This document shows positions 31,526-41,124 of a stretch of 64,000 bases of DNA, one piece after another. Under the pieces are notes generated by a model that was not told the origin of the DNA, did not search any database, and was given only the letters and a program-made list of their open reading frames with translations. Source of the stretch: an uncultured Chloroflexia bacterium (GTDB taxonomy: Bacteria; Chloroflexota; Limnocylindria; Limnocylindrales; CSP1-4); contig CAVQJC010000020.1 in NCBI GenBank assembly GCA_963712745.1, positions 160,001 through 224,000 on the forward strand, in the 5' to 3' direction. The position numbers and the translations under genes are program-made. How positions within the stretch are numbered: position 1 is the stretch's first letter; each line of letters starts with the position of its first letter.

Positions 31526-32115
31526 GGCTCCAGTCGCCCACGCACCGAGACCAGGGCGCGGTGGATGAGCACACGGACGGCGCCTTCGGACTTGCCCATG
31601 ATCTCGCCGATCTCGCGCGCGCTGAGTTCGTTGACGAAGCGCAGCACGACTGCCTGGCGCCGTTCGGGGGGCAGCTCCATCACGGCCGCGAGCGCTCGCC
31701 GCGCCTCCAGGCGCGTCTCGGCCGCCACCGCCGGATCGTCAGGCGCAGTGATGTCGAGCGCCAACTCGAGGGGGTCCTGAGGGTGACGGCGGTCACGCCG
31801 TCGTTCGTTGGCGATGACGTTGCGGGCGATGGCATAGAGCCAGACGCGGAAGGTGGAGTCCTCGCCTTCACCCTGCTCGCGAAAGCGGGGCAGCGCAGAG
31901 AGCGCCTTCAGGAACACACCCTCGGTAATGTCCTCTGCGGCGTGCGGGTCGCGAGTCTCGTAGAGCGCCAGGCTGTAGATCTGTGCCACGTATCTCCGAT
32001 ATAGCTGCTCGAAGGCGCCCGGGTCCCGTTTGGCAGCCTCGACCGCCGGCCGGTCCGAATCGAATGGGACGACGACAGCCGCGGATTCATCACGCCCTCT
32101 CCCCTTCCAAAACAC
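31522..32115 (-). CDS. ECF (sigma-70 group 4) RNA polymerase sigma factor
   Basis: AFEQLYRRY, AEDITEGVFLKA, FRVWLYAIARN and LPPERRQAVVLRF..ELSAREIGEIMGKSEGAVRVLIHRA. Confidence 0.93.
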   Translation of the reverse strand: MFWKGRGRDESAAVVVPFDSDRPAVEAAKRDPGAFEQLYRRYVAQIYSLALYETRDPHAAEDITEGVFLKALSALPRFREQGEGEDSTFRVWLYAIARNVIANERRRDRRHPQDPLELALDITAPDDPAVAAETRLEARRALAAVMELPPERRQAVVLRFVNELSAREIGEIMGKSEGAVRVLIHRALVSVRGRLEP

Positions 32116-32140
32116 CGGGGAAGTCTAGCCGTTACAGGGG

Positions 32141-32932
32141 TCAGGCCGCGGCGTCCACGGCGCAGCGCACGACATCGCCGACCGTGATGGAGCTCAGCGG
32201 CTGGCCCGGACCGGTGCGCACGAGCAGCGAGCCGGTCTCACGGTCGACCCCCACGGCCGTACCTACCACGGCCTCGGAACCGGTCTCGACGGTCACGCTC
32301 GCGCCGGTGGTGATCTGGGCATCAGCCCAGCGGGGGGCATCGAAGGCCCCGGCCCGCAGCTCTTCGTAGAGCGGCTCCAACCTCTCCAGCCAGGCCTCCA
32401 GCAGGGCATCGCGGTCGATGCGCCGGCGACCAGAGGCTTCGGACAGGCTCCACATCGAATCGGCCAGCTCCGGCGGATACTCGCCCTTGGCCCAGTCCAC
32501 GTTGACGCCGAGGCCGACCACGATGGACGCGAGCCGGTCGCCCTCGAAGGCCAATTCGGCGAGCAGACCGGCGACCTTCAACAGGCGCCCGCGATGGACC
32601 GCGATGATGTCGTTGGGCCACTTGAGGGCGAGCCGGTCGGCCGTGGGGCCCAGCAGCGAGGTGGCCGCGCCGAGCATGGCGATCGACGCGATGGCCGGCA
32701 GGCGCCAGGCATGGGCCGCGGACAGGCCGGTCGGCCGAAAGCCGGCCGAGACCAGCAACGAGCCGCCGGGACGGTCCTGCCAGATGCGGTCCAGACGGCC
32801 CCGACCATGGCTCTGCACATCGGCCACGGCCACGCAGACCTCCGCCGTGCCCTCCTCGAGCCAACCGCGCACGACGGCCTGGGTCGAGTCGACCCGCTCG
32901 AATCGCTCGAGGCGGGAAACGAAACCGGGCAC
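32141..32932 (-). CDS. birA: Biotin-protein ligase (no N-terminal HTH)
   Basis: VDSTQ, QSHGRGRLDRIW, LKWPND, KVAGLLAE and GLGVNV. Confidence 0.92.
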   Translation of the reverse strand: MPGFVSRLERFERVDSTQAVVRGWLEEGTAEVCVAVADVQSHGRGRLDRIWQDRPGGSLLVSAGFRPTGLSAAHAWRLPAIASIAMLGAATSLLGPTADRLALKWPNDIIAVHRGRLLKVAGLLAELAFEGDRLASIVVGLGVNVDWAKGEYPPELADSMWSLSEASGRRRIDRDALLEAWLERLEPLYEELRAGAFDAPRWADAQITTGASVTVETGSEAVVGTAVGVDRETGSLLVRTGPGQPLSSITVGDVVRCAVDAAA

Positions 32933-32939
32933 CGAGCCG

Positions 32940-34208
32940 TCAGCCAGCTGAGACCTCCTCCGCCGCCTCCACCGCCTCGGGCTCCTGCAGCCGGAAGGTG
33001 CGGTGGATGGCCTTGGCCGCGGCGTCGATCCGGTCCTCCGCGATGATGCAGGTGATGCGGATCTCGGAGGTCGAGATCATGCTGATGTTGATGCCCTCGT
33101 CGGCCAGGGCACCGAACATCTGAGCCGCGTAGCCGGGGTGATTGTGGATGCCCTCGCCCACGATGCTGACCTTGGCCACGGCGGTATCGGTCTGGACATC
33201 TTCGAAGCCGAGATCCTTGCCCAGCAACTCGAGCAGGCGCGCGGTGCGAGCCACGTTGGCGCGATCGATGGTGAACGACATGTCCGTGCTGCCGTCATGG
33301 CCGACGTTCTGGACGATCATGTCGACGTTGAGCCCCTGATCAGCCATCGGCTCGAAGATGGCCCGGGCGATGCCCGGGCGGTCGGGCACGCCGACGATGG
33401 TGACCTTGGCGACCTTGCGGTCCAGCGCCATGGCCCGGACCTTGTCTCGCAGCTCCACAGCAGTTACCTCTTGGATGGTTGTGCCCGGGTGGTCGCTGAA
33501 CGTGGAGCGAACTCGGACCTTGACGGCATTGACCCAGCCCAGCTCGACGGCCCGGGTCTGCATGACCTGGGCACCCTGGTGAGCCAGCTCGAGCATCTCT
33601 TCATAGCCGATGGTGGGGATGAGCTGCGCATCGGGCACGACGCGCGGGTCGGCAGTGAAGATACCTTCGACGTCGGTGTAGATCTCGCAGGCGTCGGCAC
33701 CGAGGCGGGCAGCCAGCGCCACGGCCGTGGTGTCCGACCCACCACGCCCCAGCGTGGTCACCTCTGCGAGGTCGTAGGACTCACCGGTGGAGCCCTGGAA
33801 GCCGGCCACGATGACGACCCTTCCACGCCCGATCTCGCGGTGCAGGCGCGCAGGGTCGATATTGGCGATACGGGCGCGGCCGTGACTGCTGTCGGTGCGG
33901 ATGCCGGCCTGGGGCCCGGTCAGCGAGATGGCCTCGACACCCTCTGCATGCAGGGCCATGGCCACGAGCGTGCCACTCATGTGCTCGCCCGTCGCCAATA
34001 GCAGGTCCATCTCGCGCGGGTCGGGCTCGTCGGTGATGGCTGCGGCGAGCTCAGTGAGATGATCGGTGGTGTCGCCCATGGCGCTGACCACCACCACCAG
34101 GTCGGCGCCGTCACGACGATCGCGGGCGATGCGCCCCGCCACATGGCGGATGCGCTCGGCGTCGGCTAGCGACGAGCCGCCGTATTTCTGGACGATGAGT
34201 CGGGTCAT
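32940..34208 (-). CDS. lysC: Aspartate kinase
   Basis: VQKYGGSS, VVVSAMG, LGRGGSDTTA and two ACT domains. Confidence 0.96.
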   Translation of the reverse strand: MTRLIVQKYGGSSLADAERIRHVAGRIARDRRDGADLVVVVSAMGDTTDHLTELAAAITDEPDPREMDLLLATGEHMSGTLVAMALHAEGVEAISLTGPQAGIRTDSSHGRARIANIDPARLHREIGRGRVVIVAGFQGSTGESYDLAEVTTLGRGGSDTTAVALAARLGADACEIYTDVEGIFTADPRVVPDAQLIPTIGYEEMLELAHQGAQVMQTRAVELGWVNAVKVRVRSTFSDHPGTTIQEVTAVELRDKVRAMALDRKVAKVTIVGVPDRPGIARAIFEPMADQGLNVDMIVQNVGHDGSTDMSFTIDRANVARTARLLELLGKDLGFEDVQTDTAVAKVSIVGEGIHNHPGYAAQMFGALADEGINISMISTSEIRITCIIAEDRIDAAAKAIHRTFRLQEPEAVEAAEEVSAG

Positions 34209-34217
34209 ACGGGGAGT

Positions 34218-35219
34218 CTACGTGAGGTCGAGCGCCGAGCCCTCGGGCCGGTTGTCACCACCACCGATGACACGCGCACCGTCGGCCCGTGCCGACTGGA
34301 CCGCGGCCCGCCCGCCCAGGCCCAGCTCCTGGGCCCGTCGCTCCATGGCCGCGGCGATGGTAGCCGCGGCAGCGACGTCCTCGCTGAAGGCGATGACCGT
34401 GGGACCGGCACCCGACAGGCAGGCTCCCCGTGCACCGGCCGCCAGTGCGGCCTCGATGAGATGGGGCAGCTCGGGGTAGGCGTTCGTGCGGTAGGGCTCG
34501 TGCAGGCGGTCGACCGTGGCGGCGGCGAGCAGGTCGAATCGACCCTGGCTCAGGGCGGCGACCATCAGCGTGGCCGCTCCCACGTTGTGGACCGCATCGG
34601 CGAAGGGCACCGACTCGGGCAGGGCCGCTCGCATGGCGGCCGTGGAGAGATGCTTGTCGGGAATATAGAGTGCTGCCAGCAGCCCCTCGGGCGGGTCAAG
34701 GCGGATCGCGCGTGGGGCGCCCTCGACCTCGGTCACCACGCACAGGCCTCCATATATGGCCGCGGCGGCATTGTCAGCGTGCCCCTCGGCCAGGGTCGCC
34801 AACTCCAGGATCCGCTCGCGGCCGAGGGCACCGTCGAGCAGGGCATCGGCAGCCGTGAGGGCCGCCACCGTGGCCGAGGCCGACGAGCCCAGACCACGTG
34901 TCACCGGGATGCGGTTGTCCATGCGCACGCGCCAGGCGGCCCCGCCCGGGTCGACACCAGCATCCGCCAGCCCCTCGAGCAGGGCGCTGATGAAGCGGTT
35001 GCGGCGGCCGTTGGGCAGATGGCCGGCACCCTCGCCGCGCACCTCTACCTGGTAGACCGGTTCGCGCTCCGCCGAGAGCACCTCCAGCTCGATGAGGGTA
35101 GCCAGGTCCAGGGCCATGGCCAGCGCATCGAAGCCGGCACCAAGATTGGCGGTCGTGGCCGGGACGTCGATGGTGACCCGGCGCCCGACGAGGTCGGCGC
35201 CCGAGCGCAGTACGCTCAC
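34218..35219 (-). CDS. thrB: Homoserine kinase
   Basis: VPATTANLGAGFD, PVTRGLGSSA, EGHADN and LSGAGPT. Confidence 0.95.
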   Translation of the reverse strand: MSVLRSGADLVGRRVTIDVPATTANLGAGFDALAMALDLATLIELEVLSAEREPVYQVEVRGEGAGHLPNGRRNRFISALLEGLADAGVDPGGAAWRVRMDNRIPVTRGLGSSASATVAALTAADALLDGALGRERILELATLAEGHADNAAAAIYGGLCVVTEVEGAPRAIRLDPPEGLLAALYIPDKHLSTAAMRAALPESVPFADAVHNVGAATLMVAALSQGRFDLLAAATVDRLHEPYRTNAYPELPHLIEAALAAGARGACLSGAGPTVIAFSEDVAAAATIAAAMERRAQELGLGGRAAVQSARADGARVIGGGDNRPEGSALDLT

Positions 35220-36325
35220 CAGCCGAGAGCGCGGCGCACGGCCTCGACGCTCGGCTCAGCCTCCAGCAAGGGGTCGACCAGGAGCCGCCCGGTGTCGGGA
35301 TCCTTGAGGCCGAGACCGGTGAGCACGGCCACGATGGTGGCCCCGGAGTCGATACGCCCGTCGGCCGCAGCCTTCTTCACGCCGGCCACCGAGGCGGCGC
35401 TGGCGGGCTCGCAGAAGATGCCCTCGAGGCGAGCGAGGTCGCGGTAGGCGGCAAGGATCTCGTCATCGCTGACCGCATCGATGAGACCCCCCGATTCGTC
35501 GCGCGCGGCCAGGGCCAGCTTCCCGCTGGCAGGCCGGCCGATGCGGATGGCGGTGGCGACGGTCTGGGGGTCATCGAAGTCGTGGCCCTGCACCAGCGGA
35601 GAGGCACCTTCGGCCTGGAACCCGATCATCCTGGGCGCGGTCTCGACCAGGCCGGCCTCCCGGTACTCTCGGAAGCCCTTCCAGTAGGCCGTGATGTTGC
35701 CGGCGTTGCCGACCGGGATGGCGAGGTAGTCGGGAGCCCCTCCCAGGTCCTCGCAGACCTCGAAGGCAGCTGTCTTCTGGCCCTCGAGCCGGTAGGGGTT
35801 GACCGAGTTGACCAACTCCATGGGGTGATCCGGATCAGCCTGCGCGGTCATCTCACGCACGATACGCAGGGCGTCATCGAAGTTGCCGTCGATGGCCACC
35901 ACGCGGGCGCCGGCCGCCTGGCCCTGCAACATCTTGCCGGCCGCGATCTTGCCCTTGGGCAGGACGATGACGGCCTCGATACCGGCCGCTGCCGCGTAGG
36001 CCGCGGCCGACGAGCTGGTGTTGCCGGTGGAGGCGCAGATGACGGCGCTGGCCCCCTTCTCGATGGCCTTGGCCACGGCCACCACCATGCCCCGGTCCTT
36101 GAACGAGCCGGTGGGGTTCTGGCCTTCGACCTTGAGGTATAGCTGGGGCACGCCGATGGCACGACCAAGGTTGCGCGCGTGCACGAGTGGGGTAAACCCC
36201 TCGCCCAGGCCAAGGGGCGGGGTAGCCTCGGTCAGGGGCAGGAACTCGGCGAAACGTTCCATCAGCCGCGGACGCCGACCGGTGCTCGACTGCTCCGCCT
36301 GGAGCTGATGCAGGACCTGGCTCAT
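35216..36325 (-). CDS. thrC: Threonine synthase
   Basis: NPTGSFKDRG, CASTGNT, PVGNAGN and FCEPASAAS. Confidence 0.96.
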   Translation of the reverse strand: MSQVLHQLQAEQSSTGRRPRLMERFAEFLPLTEATPPLGLGEGFTPLVHARNLGRAIGVPQLYLKVEGQNPTGSFKDRGMVVAVAKAIEKGASAVICASTGNTSSSAAAYAAAAGIEAVIVLPKGKIAAGKMLQGQAAGARVVAIDGNFDDALRIVREMTAQADPDHPMELVNSVNPYRLEGQKTAAFEVCEDLGGAPDYLAIPVGNAGNITAYWKGFREYREAGLVETAPRMIGFQAEGASPLVQGHDFDDPQTVATAIRIGRPASGKLALAARDESGGLIDAVSDDEILAAYRDLARLEGIFCEPASAASVAGVKKAAADGRIDSGATIVAVLTGLGLKDPDTGRLLVDPLLEAEPSVEAVRRALGW

Positions 36326-36335
36326 GCGCACGTCG

Positions 36336-37634
36336 CTAGGCGTCCGAGAGGATGGGGTACACGGTCACAGCCCGGTCGAAGATGCCCAGCCTGGCACTCA
36401 TGGCAGTCAACGACATGGGCCTGCTCACGAAGCCCTCGTCAGTGGTGGCCAGGGCCAGCTCCTTGACGGTCTCGGGGAAGCCGGCCTCACCCAGTCCCTC
36501 GACGACCACGAGCCAGCCGCGCTCACCAGCCAGGTCGTCGGTCACGTCCATCTGACCGGCCGGCGGAAGCCGGCCCCAGGTGGAACCGGCACCAGCCGCG
36601 AGGGCCAGAACGTCGGAAAGGATGGCGCTCGAGGTGGCGGGGCCGCCGGCGCCCGGGCCGGCCAAGGTGATGCGCCCGACAGGCTCGGCATCGAGCTCGA
36701 CGACGTTGGTCACGCCGCCGGTCGACCCGAGCGCGGAGCCTACCGCCACGGCCATGGGCGTGACACCCGCGCGGATACCGTCGTCGGCGCGCTCGGCCCG
36801 CGCCACCAGCTTGAGCGCCAGGCCCATCCTGGCTGCCACGCCCATGTGGCGGCGCTTGACACCGGTGATGCCTGGCTGAGCGTCGCCGCCCACCGCGGGC
36901 ACACTACGACGGAGCGCCTCTAGGTCGATCCAGCCGTCCCAGGCCAGGCGCGAGAGCAGGGTCAGCTTGTAGGCGGCGTCGAAGGCCTCAACGTCGCTGA
37001 CCGGGTCGGCCTCGGCGTAGCCACGGGCCTGGGCTTCGCGCAGGACGTCGTCGTACTCCCGTCCGTCGGAGGCCATGGTGCTGAGGATGTGGTTGGTGGT
37101 GCCGTTGAGGATGCCCCTGATCGCGTCGACGCGGTCGGCCGCCAGCTCGTCGACCAGTGGACCCAGCACGGGCACGCCGGCCAGGACCGCGGCCTCGAAG
37201 CGCAGGGCCACCCCGGCCTCGCGGGCCGCGTCCTCAAGCTCGCGGCCCCGGCGGGCGACCAGATCCTTGTTGGCCGTGACCACGCTCTTGCCCGCGGCGA
37301 ACGCAGCCAGTACGGCCTCTCCGGCCACGCCGGAGCCACCGATGAGCTCGATGACGATGTCGACATCGTCGTCCAGCAGCTCGGCGTAGTCGGTCACCTG
37401 GCGAACCGCGGGCGGGATGGTCAAGCCGCGGTCGCGTTCAAGGTCAAGGTCGGCGATGCCCACCAGCTGCGGCAGCGCATGGCCGCGGCGGGCCACCGAG
37501 GCACCCCAGGCGGGGTCCGTCAGCCTGGCGGCCACGGCGGTGCCGACCGTGCCCAGGCCGAAGAGGGCGATACGCGGGCCCGTCGAAACAGGTGCGGAGT
37601 CTGCGGTCGTCATGTCGGACGCATCATGATCCAT
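36336..37634 (-). CDS. hom: Homoserine dehydrogenase
   Basis: GLGTVG, VVTANK, FEAAVLAGVP, GILNGTTN, GYAEADP and GPGAGG. Confidence 0.95.
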   Translation of the reverse strand: MDHDASDMTTADSAPVSTGPRIALFGLGTVGTAVAARLTDPAWGASVARRGHALPQLVGIADLDLERDRGLTIPPAVRQVTDYAELLDDDVDIVIELIGGSGVAGEAVLAAFAAGKSVVTANKDLVARRGRELEDAAREAGVALRFEAAVLAGVPVLGPLVDELAADRVDAIRGILNGTTNHILSTMASDGREYDDVLREAQARGYAEADPVSDVEAFDAAYKLTLLSRLAWDGWIDLEALRRSVPAVGGDAQPGITGVKRRHMGVAARMGLALKLVARAERADDGIRAGVTPMAVAVGSALGSTGGVTNVVELDAEPVGRITLAGPGAGGPATSSAILSDVLALAAGAGSTWGRLPPAGQMDVTDDLAGERGWLVVVEGLGEAGFPETVKELALATTDEGFVSRPMSLTAMSARLGIFDRAVTVYPILSDA

Positions 37635-37723
37635 CTACCGATCGTAGCGCAGCGCTCGCCTGCTAGAGTCGAGCGTCGGCGGGATCGCTTTCCGGTCCCA
37701 CCCTTCTTCCAGGCAGCGAGCAC

Positions 37724-38755
37724 ATGACCGACACCACTACCCAGACCACCTCCAGCACCCAGCCCACGCCCGGCAGCGGCCGCGTGTTCTCCGGTGTGCA
37801 ACCCTCGGGCCTGCCGCACATCGGCAACCATCTGGGCGCCTTCTCCAACTACATCGCCATGCAGGACGGCTTTGACGCCATCTACTGCATCGTCGACTAC
37901 CACGCCTTGACCTCCACCCATGATGCGCAGCTCATCGCGCGCAACACCCATGAGATGGCCATGGGCCTGCTAGCGCTCGGGCTGGACCCCGAGCGCGCGG
38001 TGCTCTTCCGCCAGTCCGACCGGCTCGAGCACATCGAGCTGATGTGGCTGTTCGCGTCGGTCACGCCGACCGGTTGGGTCGAGCGCACGCCGTCCTTCAA
38101 GGAGAAGCGTCGCAATCAGCCCGACGACGTCAACCTGGCGCTCCTCAACTACCCCGTCCTGCAGGCGGCCGACATCGCCATCTACAAGGCCGACTACGTG
38201 CCGGTGGGCAAGGACCAGGCGGCGCACCTGGAGCTGGCGCGCGAGATCGTGCGTTCGTTCAACGGTCGCTACGGCGAGGTTTTCCCCGAGCCCCAGGCGG
38301 TCTTCAGCGAAGCACCCGTGGTCAAGGGCACCGATGGCGCCAACAAGATGTCGAAATCGCTGGGCAACGTCATCGAGATCTTCGCCGACGAGGACACCAT
38401 CCGCAGGCAGATCATGAGCATGGTCACCGACACGCAGCGCCAGCGCCGCAGCGACCCCGGCCGGCCGGAGGTCTGTAACGTGTGCCAGCTGCACCGCATC
38501 TTCAGCCCGGCCGACTACGAGGACATCTGGGAGGGAGAACGCTCGGCGCGCACCGGCTGCGTCGACACCAAGAAGTTGCTGGTCGAGCGCATGCTGGCCT
38601 ACTTTGGCCCCGCGCGCGAGCGACACGCGGAGCTGCAGGCCAAACCCGGCCTTGTGGACGAGGTCCTGGCGGCCGGGGCCGACGCCCTCGCGCCCATGGC
38701 CGCGGAGACCCTCGCCGAGTGCCACCAGCTCATGGGCCTGGCTCCGCGTCGCTGA
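37724..38755 (+). CDS. trpS: Tryptophanyl-tRNA synthetase
   Basis: SGVQPSG.PHIGN, YPVLQAADI, VPVGKDQ and KMSKS. Confidence 0.97.
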   Translation: MTDTTTQTTSSTQPTPGSGRVFSGVQPSGLPHIGNHLGAFSNYIAMQDGFDAIYCIVDYHALTSTHDAQLIARNTHEMAMGLLALGLDPERAVLFRQSDRLEHIELMWLFASVTPTGWVERTPSFKEKRRNQPDDVNLALLNYPVLQAADIAIYKADYVPVGKDQAAHLELAREIVRSFNGRYGEVFPEPQAVFSEAPVVKGTDGANKMSKSLGNVIEIFADEDTIRRQIMSMVTDTQRQRRSDPGRPEVCNVCQLHRIFSPADYEDIWEGERSARTGCVDTKKLLVERMLAYFGPARERHAELQAKPGLVDEVLAAGADALAPMAAETLAECHQLMGLAPRR

Positions 38756-38827
38756 CCTAGATGGCCTTGGTCGGCTGGCTGTGGCGGAGCATCCTCTGAG
38801 GCCGGGGCCGCGGGGTAGACTCGCGCC

Positions 38828-40096
38828 ATGATGTCCCCGCTCGTCGAGCAAGAGGGGCGCTGGATTCGCGCGCTCCTGATCCTCGCCACGCTCACCGTGG
38901 CGCTGGTCTTCGCGGGCCTGGCTGCTGATGTCGTTCGCTACTTCAGCGACATCATCCTCATCGTGGTGATGGCCTGGGTCTTCGCCTTCGTGCTCTCGCC
39001 CGCGGTCGACGGCATCAAGCGCTTCCTGCCCGCCGCGCCGCGTACGCTGGTCGTGGTCGTCGTCTACGGCCTGCTCTTCCTCGTCCTGGCCGCGCTGGGC
39101 CTCATCATCGCCACCCAGCTGGCCGGCTCCATCGTGGCCTTCACCGACGAGTTGCCGACCCTCCAGGAGCGCGTCCCCGAGATCGTGCAGCCGTGGCAGC
39201 AGCGCCTCGAGGCCGTGGGCCTGCAGGTCGATCTCGTGCTCGTGCTCGACGAGGCGCTACAGGAGATCGCGGCCTCCTCCGGCCAGTTCGTGGGTCCGCT
39301 CCAGGACATCGCCTTCGCCAGCCTGGGCATGCTGGGCAACCTCATGTTCATGATCTTCCTGTCGCTGTTCATCGTCATCGACAAGGACCGCCTGCTGGCC
39401 TTCATCAACCAGGTCACGCCGCCACGCTACGCCCCCGAGGTGCGGCTCTTCCAGACCAGCGTGGCCGCCTCCTTCGGTGGCTTCATCCGCGGCCAGGCCA
39501 TCCAGGGGCTGGTCTACGGCAGCATCGCCGCCGCTGGCAGCCTGGTGCTGGACATCGACTACGTGCCGCTGACCACCGCCCTGGTGGCCATCTTCCAGTT
39601 CATCCCCTTCTTCGGGCCCTTCCTCTCGTGGGCGCCCCCGGTGGTCGCCGCCATCCTCACCCAGCCCGACGCACTCATCCCCATCATCGCCATCATGGCG
39701 GTGGGCTGGTTCATCACCATGAACCTGGTGCAGCCGCGGGTGATGGCCAGCTCGGTGGGCATCCACCCGGTCGTCGTCCTCGTGAGCGTACTCATCGGTA
39801 TCCGCCTGCAGGGCATCGTGGGTGCCGTCTTCGCCATCCCCGTGGCCGCCGTCATCAGCGCCTTCTTCTTCCACTACCTCAACCGCTCGAAGGGCGGCCC
39901 GCGCGACGTCGCGAGCAGGGCTGCCCGCCGGCTCGAGGAGCGTGAAGGCCGGCCTGTGCGGATACCGACGCCACCGGCCGTGGGTACGCCCCCCGGCGGG
40001 GCGACGACGACACCGGCTCGCGCCGATGGCGCACCCGAGCCGGGCCGGTCGGGCCGACCCGCCAGGTCCGACGCCAGCCACGAGGAGACCGCATGA
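38828..40096 (+). CDS. AI-2E (PerM/TqsA) family transporter
   Basis: Multi-TM protein with GGFIRGQ, FIPFFGP and QPRVMASSVGIHPVVVL. Confidence 0.9.
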   Translation: MMSPLVEQEGRWIRALLILATLTVALVFAGLAADVVRYFSDIILIVVMAWVFAFVLSPAVDGIKRFLPAAPRTLVVVVVYGLLFLVLAALGLIIATQLAGSIVAFTDELPTLQERVPEIVQPWQQRLEAVGLQVDLVLVLDEALQEIAASSGQFVGPLQDIAFASLGMLGNLMFMIFLSLFIVIDKDRLLAFINQVTPPRYAPEVRLFQTSVAASFGGFIRGQAIQGLVYGSIAAAGSLVLDIDYVPLTTALVAIFQFIPFFGPFLSWAPPVVAAILTQPDALIPIIAIMAVGWFITMNLVQPRVMASSVGIHPVVVLVSVLIGIRLQGIVGAVFAIPVAAVISAFFFHYLNRSKGGPRDVASRAARRLEEREGRPVRIPTPPAVGTPPGGATTTPARADGAPEPGRSGRPARSDASHEETA

Positions 40097-41061
40097 ACGA
40101 CGACCAGGAGCAGACCCCCGGCGAGCTACACGACCCGCCCTCCAACCGGGCCCGCAGCGGCGCCCCGGTCGACGCCCTCACCGGCAGCTACGCCGAGCTG
40201 GCCTCGGCCGGTCGCTATATCCCCAGTGCCAGGGCTACGCCGCGCCGGGCCAGGCCGCTGGCCGAGTGGGACAGCCGCCCGCGCATCCTGGTGACCAACG
40301 ACGACGGCATCGAATCGCGCGGGTTGCTGGCGCTCAAGCAGGCGCTGGACCCCATCGGCGACGTCTACGTCATGGCCCCGGACACGAACCAGTCGGCGGT
40401 GGGCCACTCGATGACCTTCATGCGCCCCCTGCGGGTGCGCGAACGCACGCTCGACGACGGCTCGCGGGGCTGGTCAGTCGACGGCTCGCCCACCGACGCG
40501 GTCAGCCTCGCCTTCCTGGGCTACTTCGGGGTCAGCTTCGACTTGGTGGCTTCAGGCATCAACTACGGCTCCAACATCGGCGACGACATCACCTACTCGG
40601 GTACCGTCGGCGCGGCCATGGAGGCGGTACTCTCCGGCTGCCCGGCGCTCGCCATGAGCCAGGAGATCGAGGGCGAACCAGACTTCGCGCTCGCCCGACA
40701 GGTCGCCACCAAGGTCGCCCGCAACGTCTTCGAGCACGGGCTGGGCGAGGGCGAGCTGCTCAATGTCAACGTGCCCGCCGCCGACCCCTCCGAGTACGCC
40801 GGGGTCGAGCTCACGCGCATGGGCAAGCGCGTCTACCAGGACAAGTTGCTCGAGCGCCTCGATCCACGCGGCACACCCTACTACTGGTTCGGCGGTCCAC
40901 CGCCGACCGGTGTCTCCGAGCCAGGCACCGATTTCCATGCCGTGGCCACCAAGCACGTGGCCATCACGCCCATCCAGCTGGACCTCACCGCCAAGCGACT
41001 GCTGGAGCGCATCCACGCCTGGGACTGGACCCTCGATGAGGAAGGCATGTCCTCCGACTGA
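40093..41061 (+). CDS. surE: 5'/3'-nucleotidase SurE
   Basis: ILVTNDDG, DGSPTDAV and SGINYGSN.G....YSGTVGAAMEA, with a ~60-aa N-terminal extension. Confidence 0.95.
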   Translation: MNDDQEQTPGELHDPPSNRARSGAPVDALTGSYAELASAGRYIPSARATPRRARPLAEWDSRPRILVTNDDGIESRGLLALKQALDPIGDVYVMAPDTNQSAVGHSMTFMRPLRVRERTLDDGSRGWSVDGSPTDAVSLAFLGYFGVSFDLVASGINYGSNIGDDITYSGTVGAAMEAVLSGCPALAMSQEIEGEPDFALARQVATKVARNVFEHGLGEGELLNVNVPAADPSEYAGVELTRMGKRVYQDKLLERLDPRGTPYYWFGGPPPTGVSEPGTDFHAVATKHVAITPIQLDLTAKRLLERIHAWDWTLDEEGMSSD

Positions 41062-41124
41062 CGCGGCCCTTCGGCGGACGCAGACAGCCGGCGGCGCCGC
41101 GCGCGGCGGTTATCTGGCTAGTCG

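Noticed and set aside
37635-37723. T-box or lysine riboswitch for trpS or the thr operon
   Set aside because: The region is under 90 nt, has no T-box GGUGGNACCGCG motif, and hom appears leaderless.
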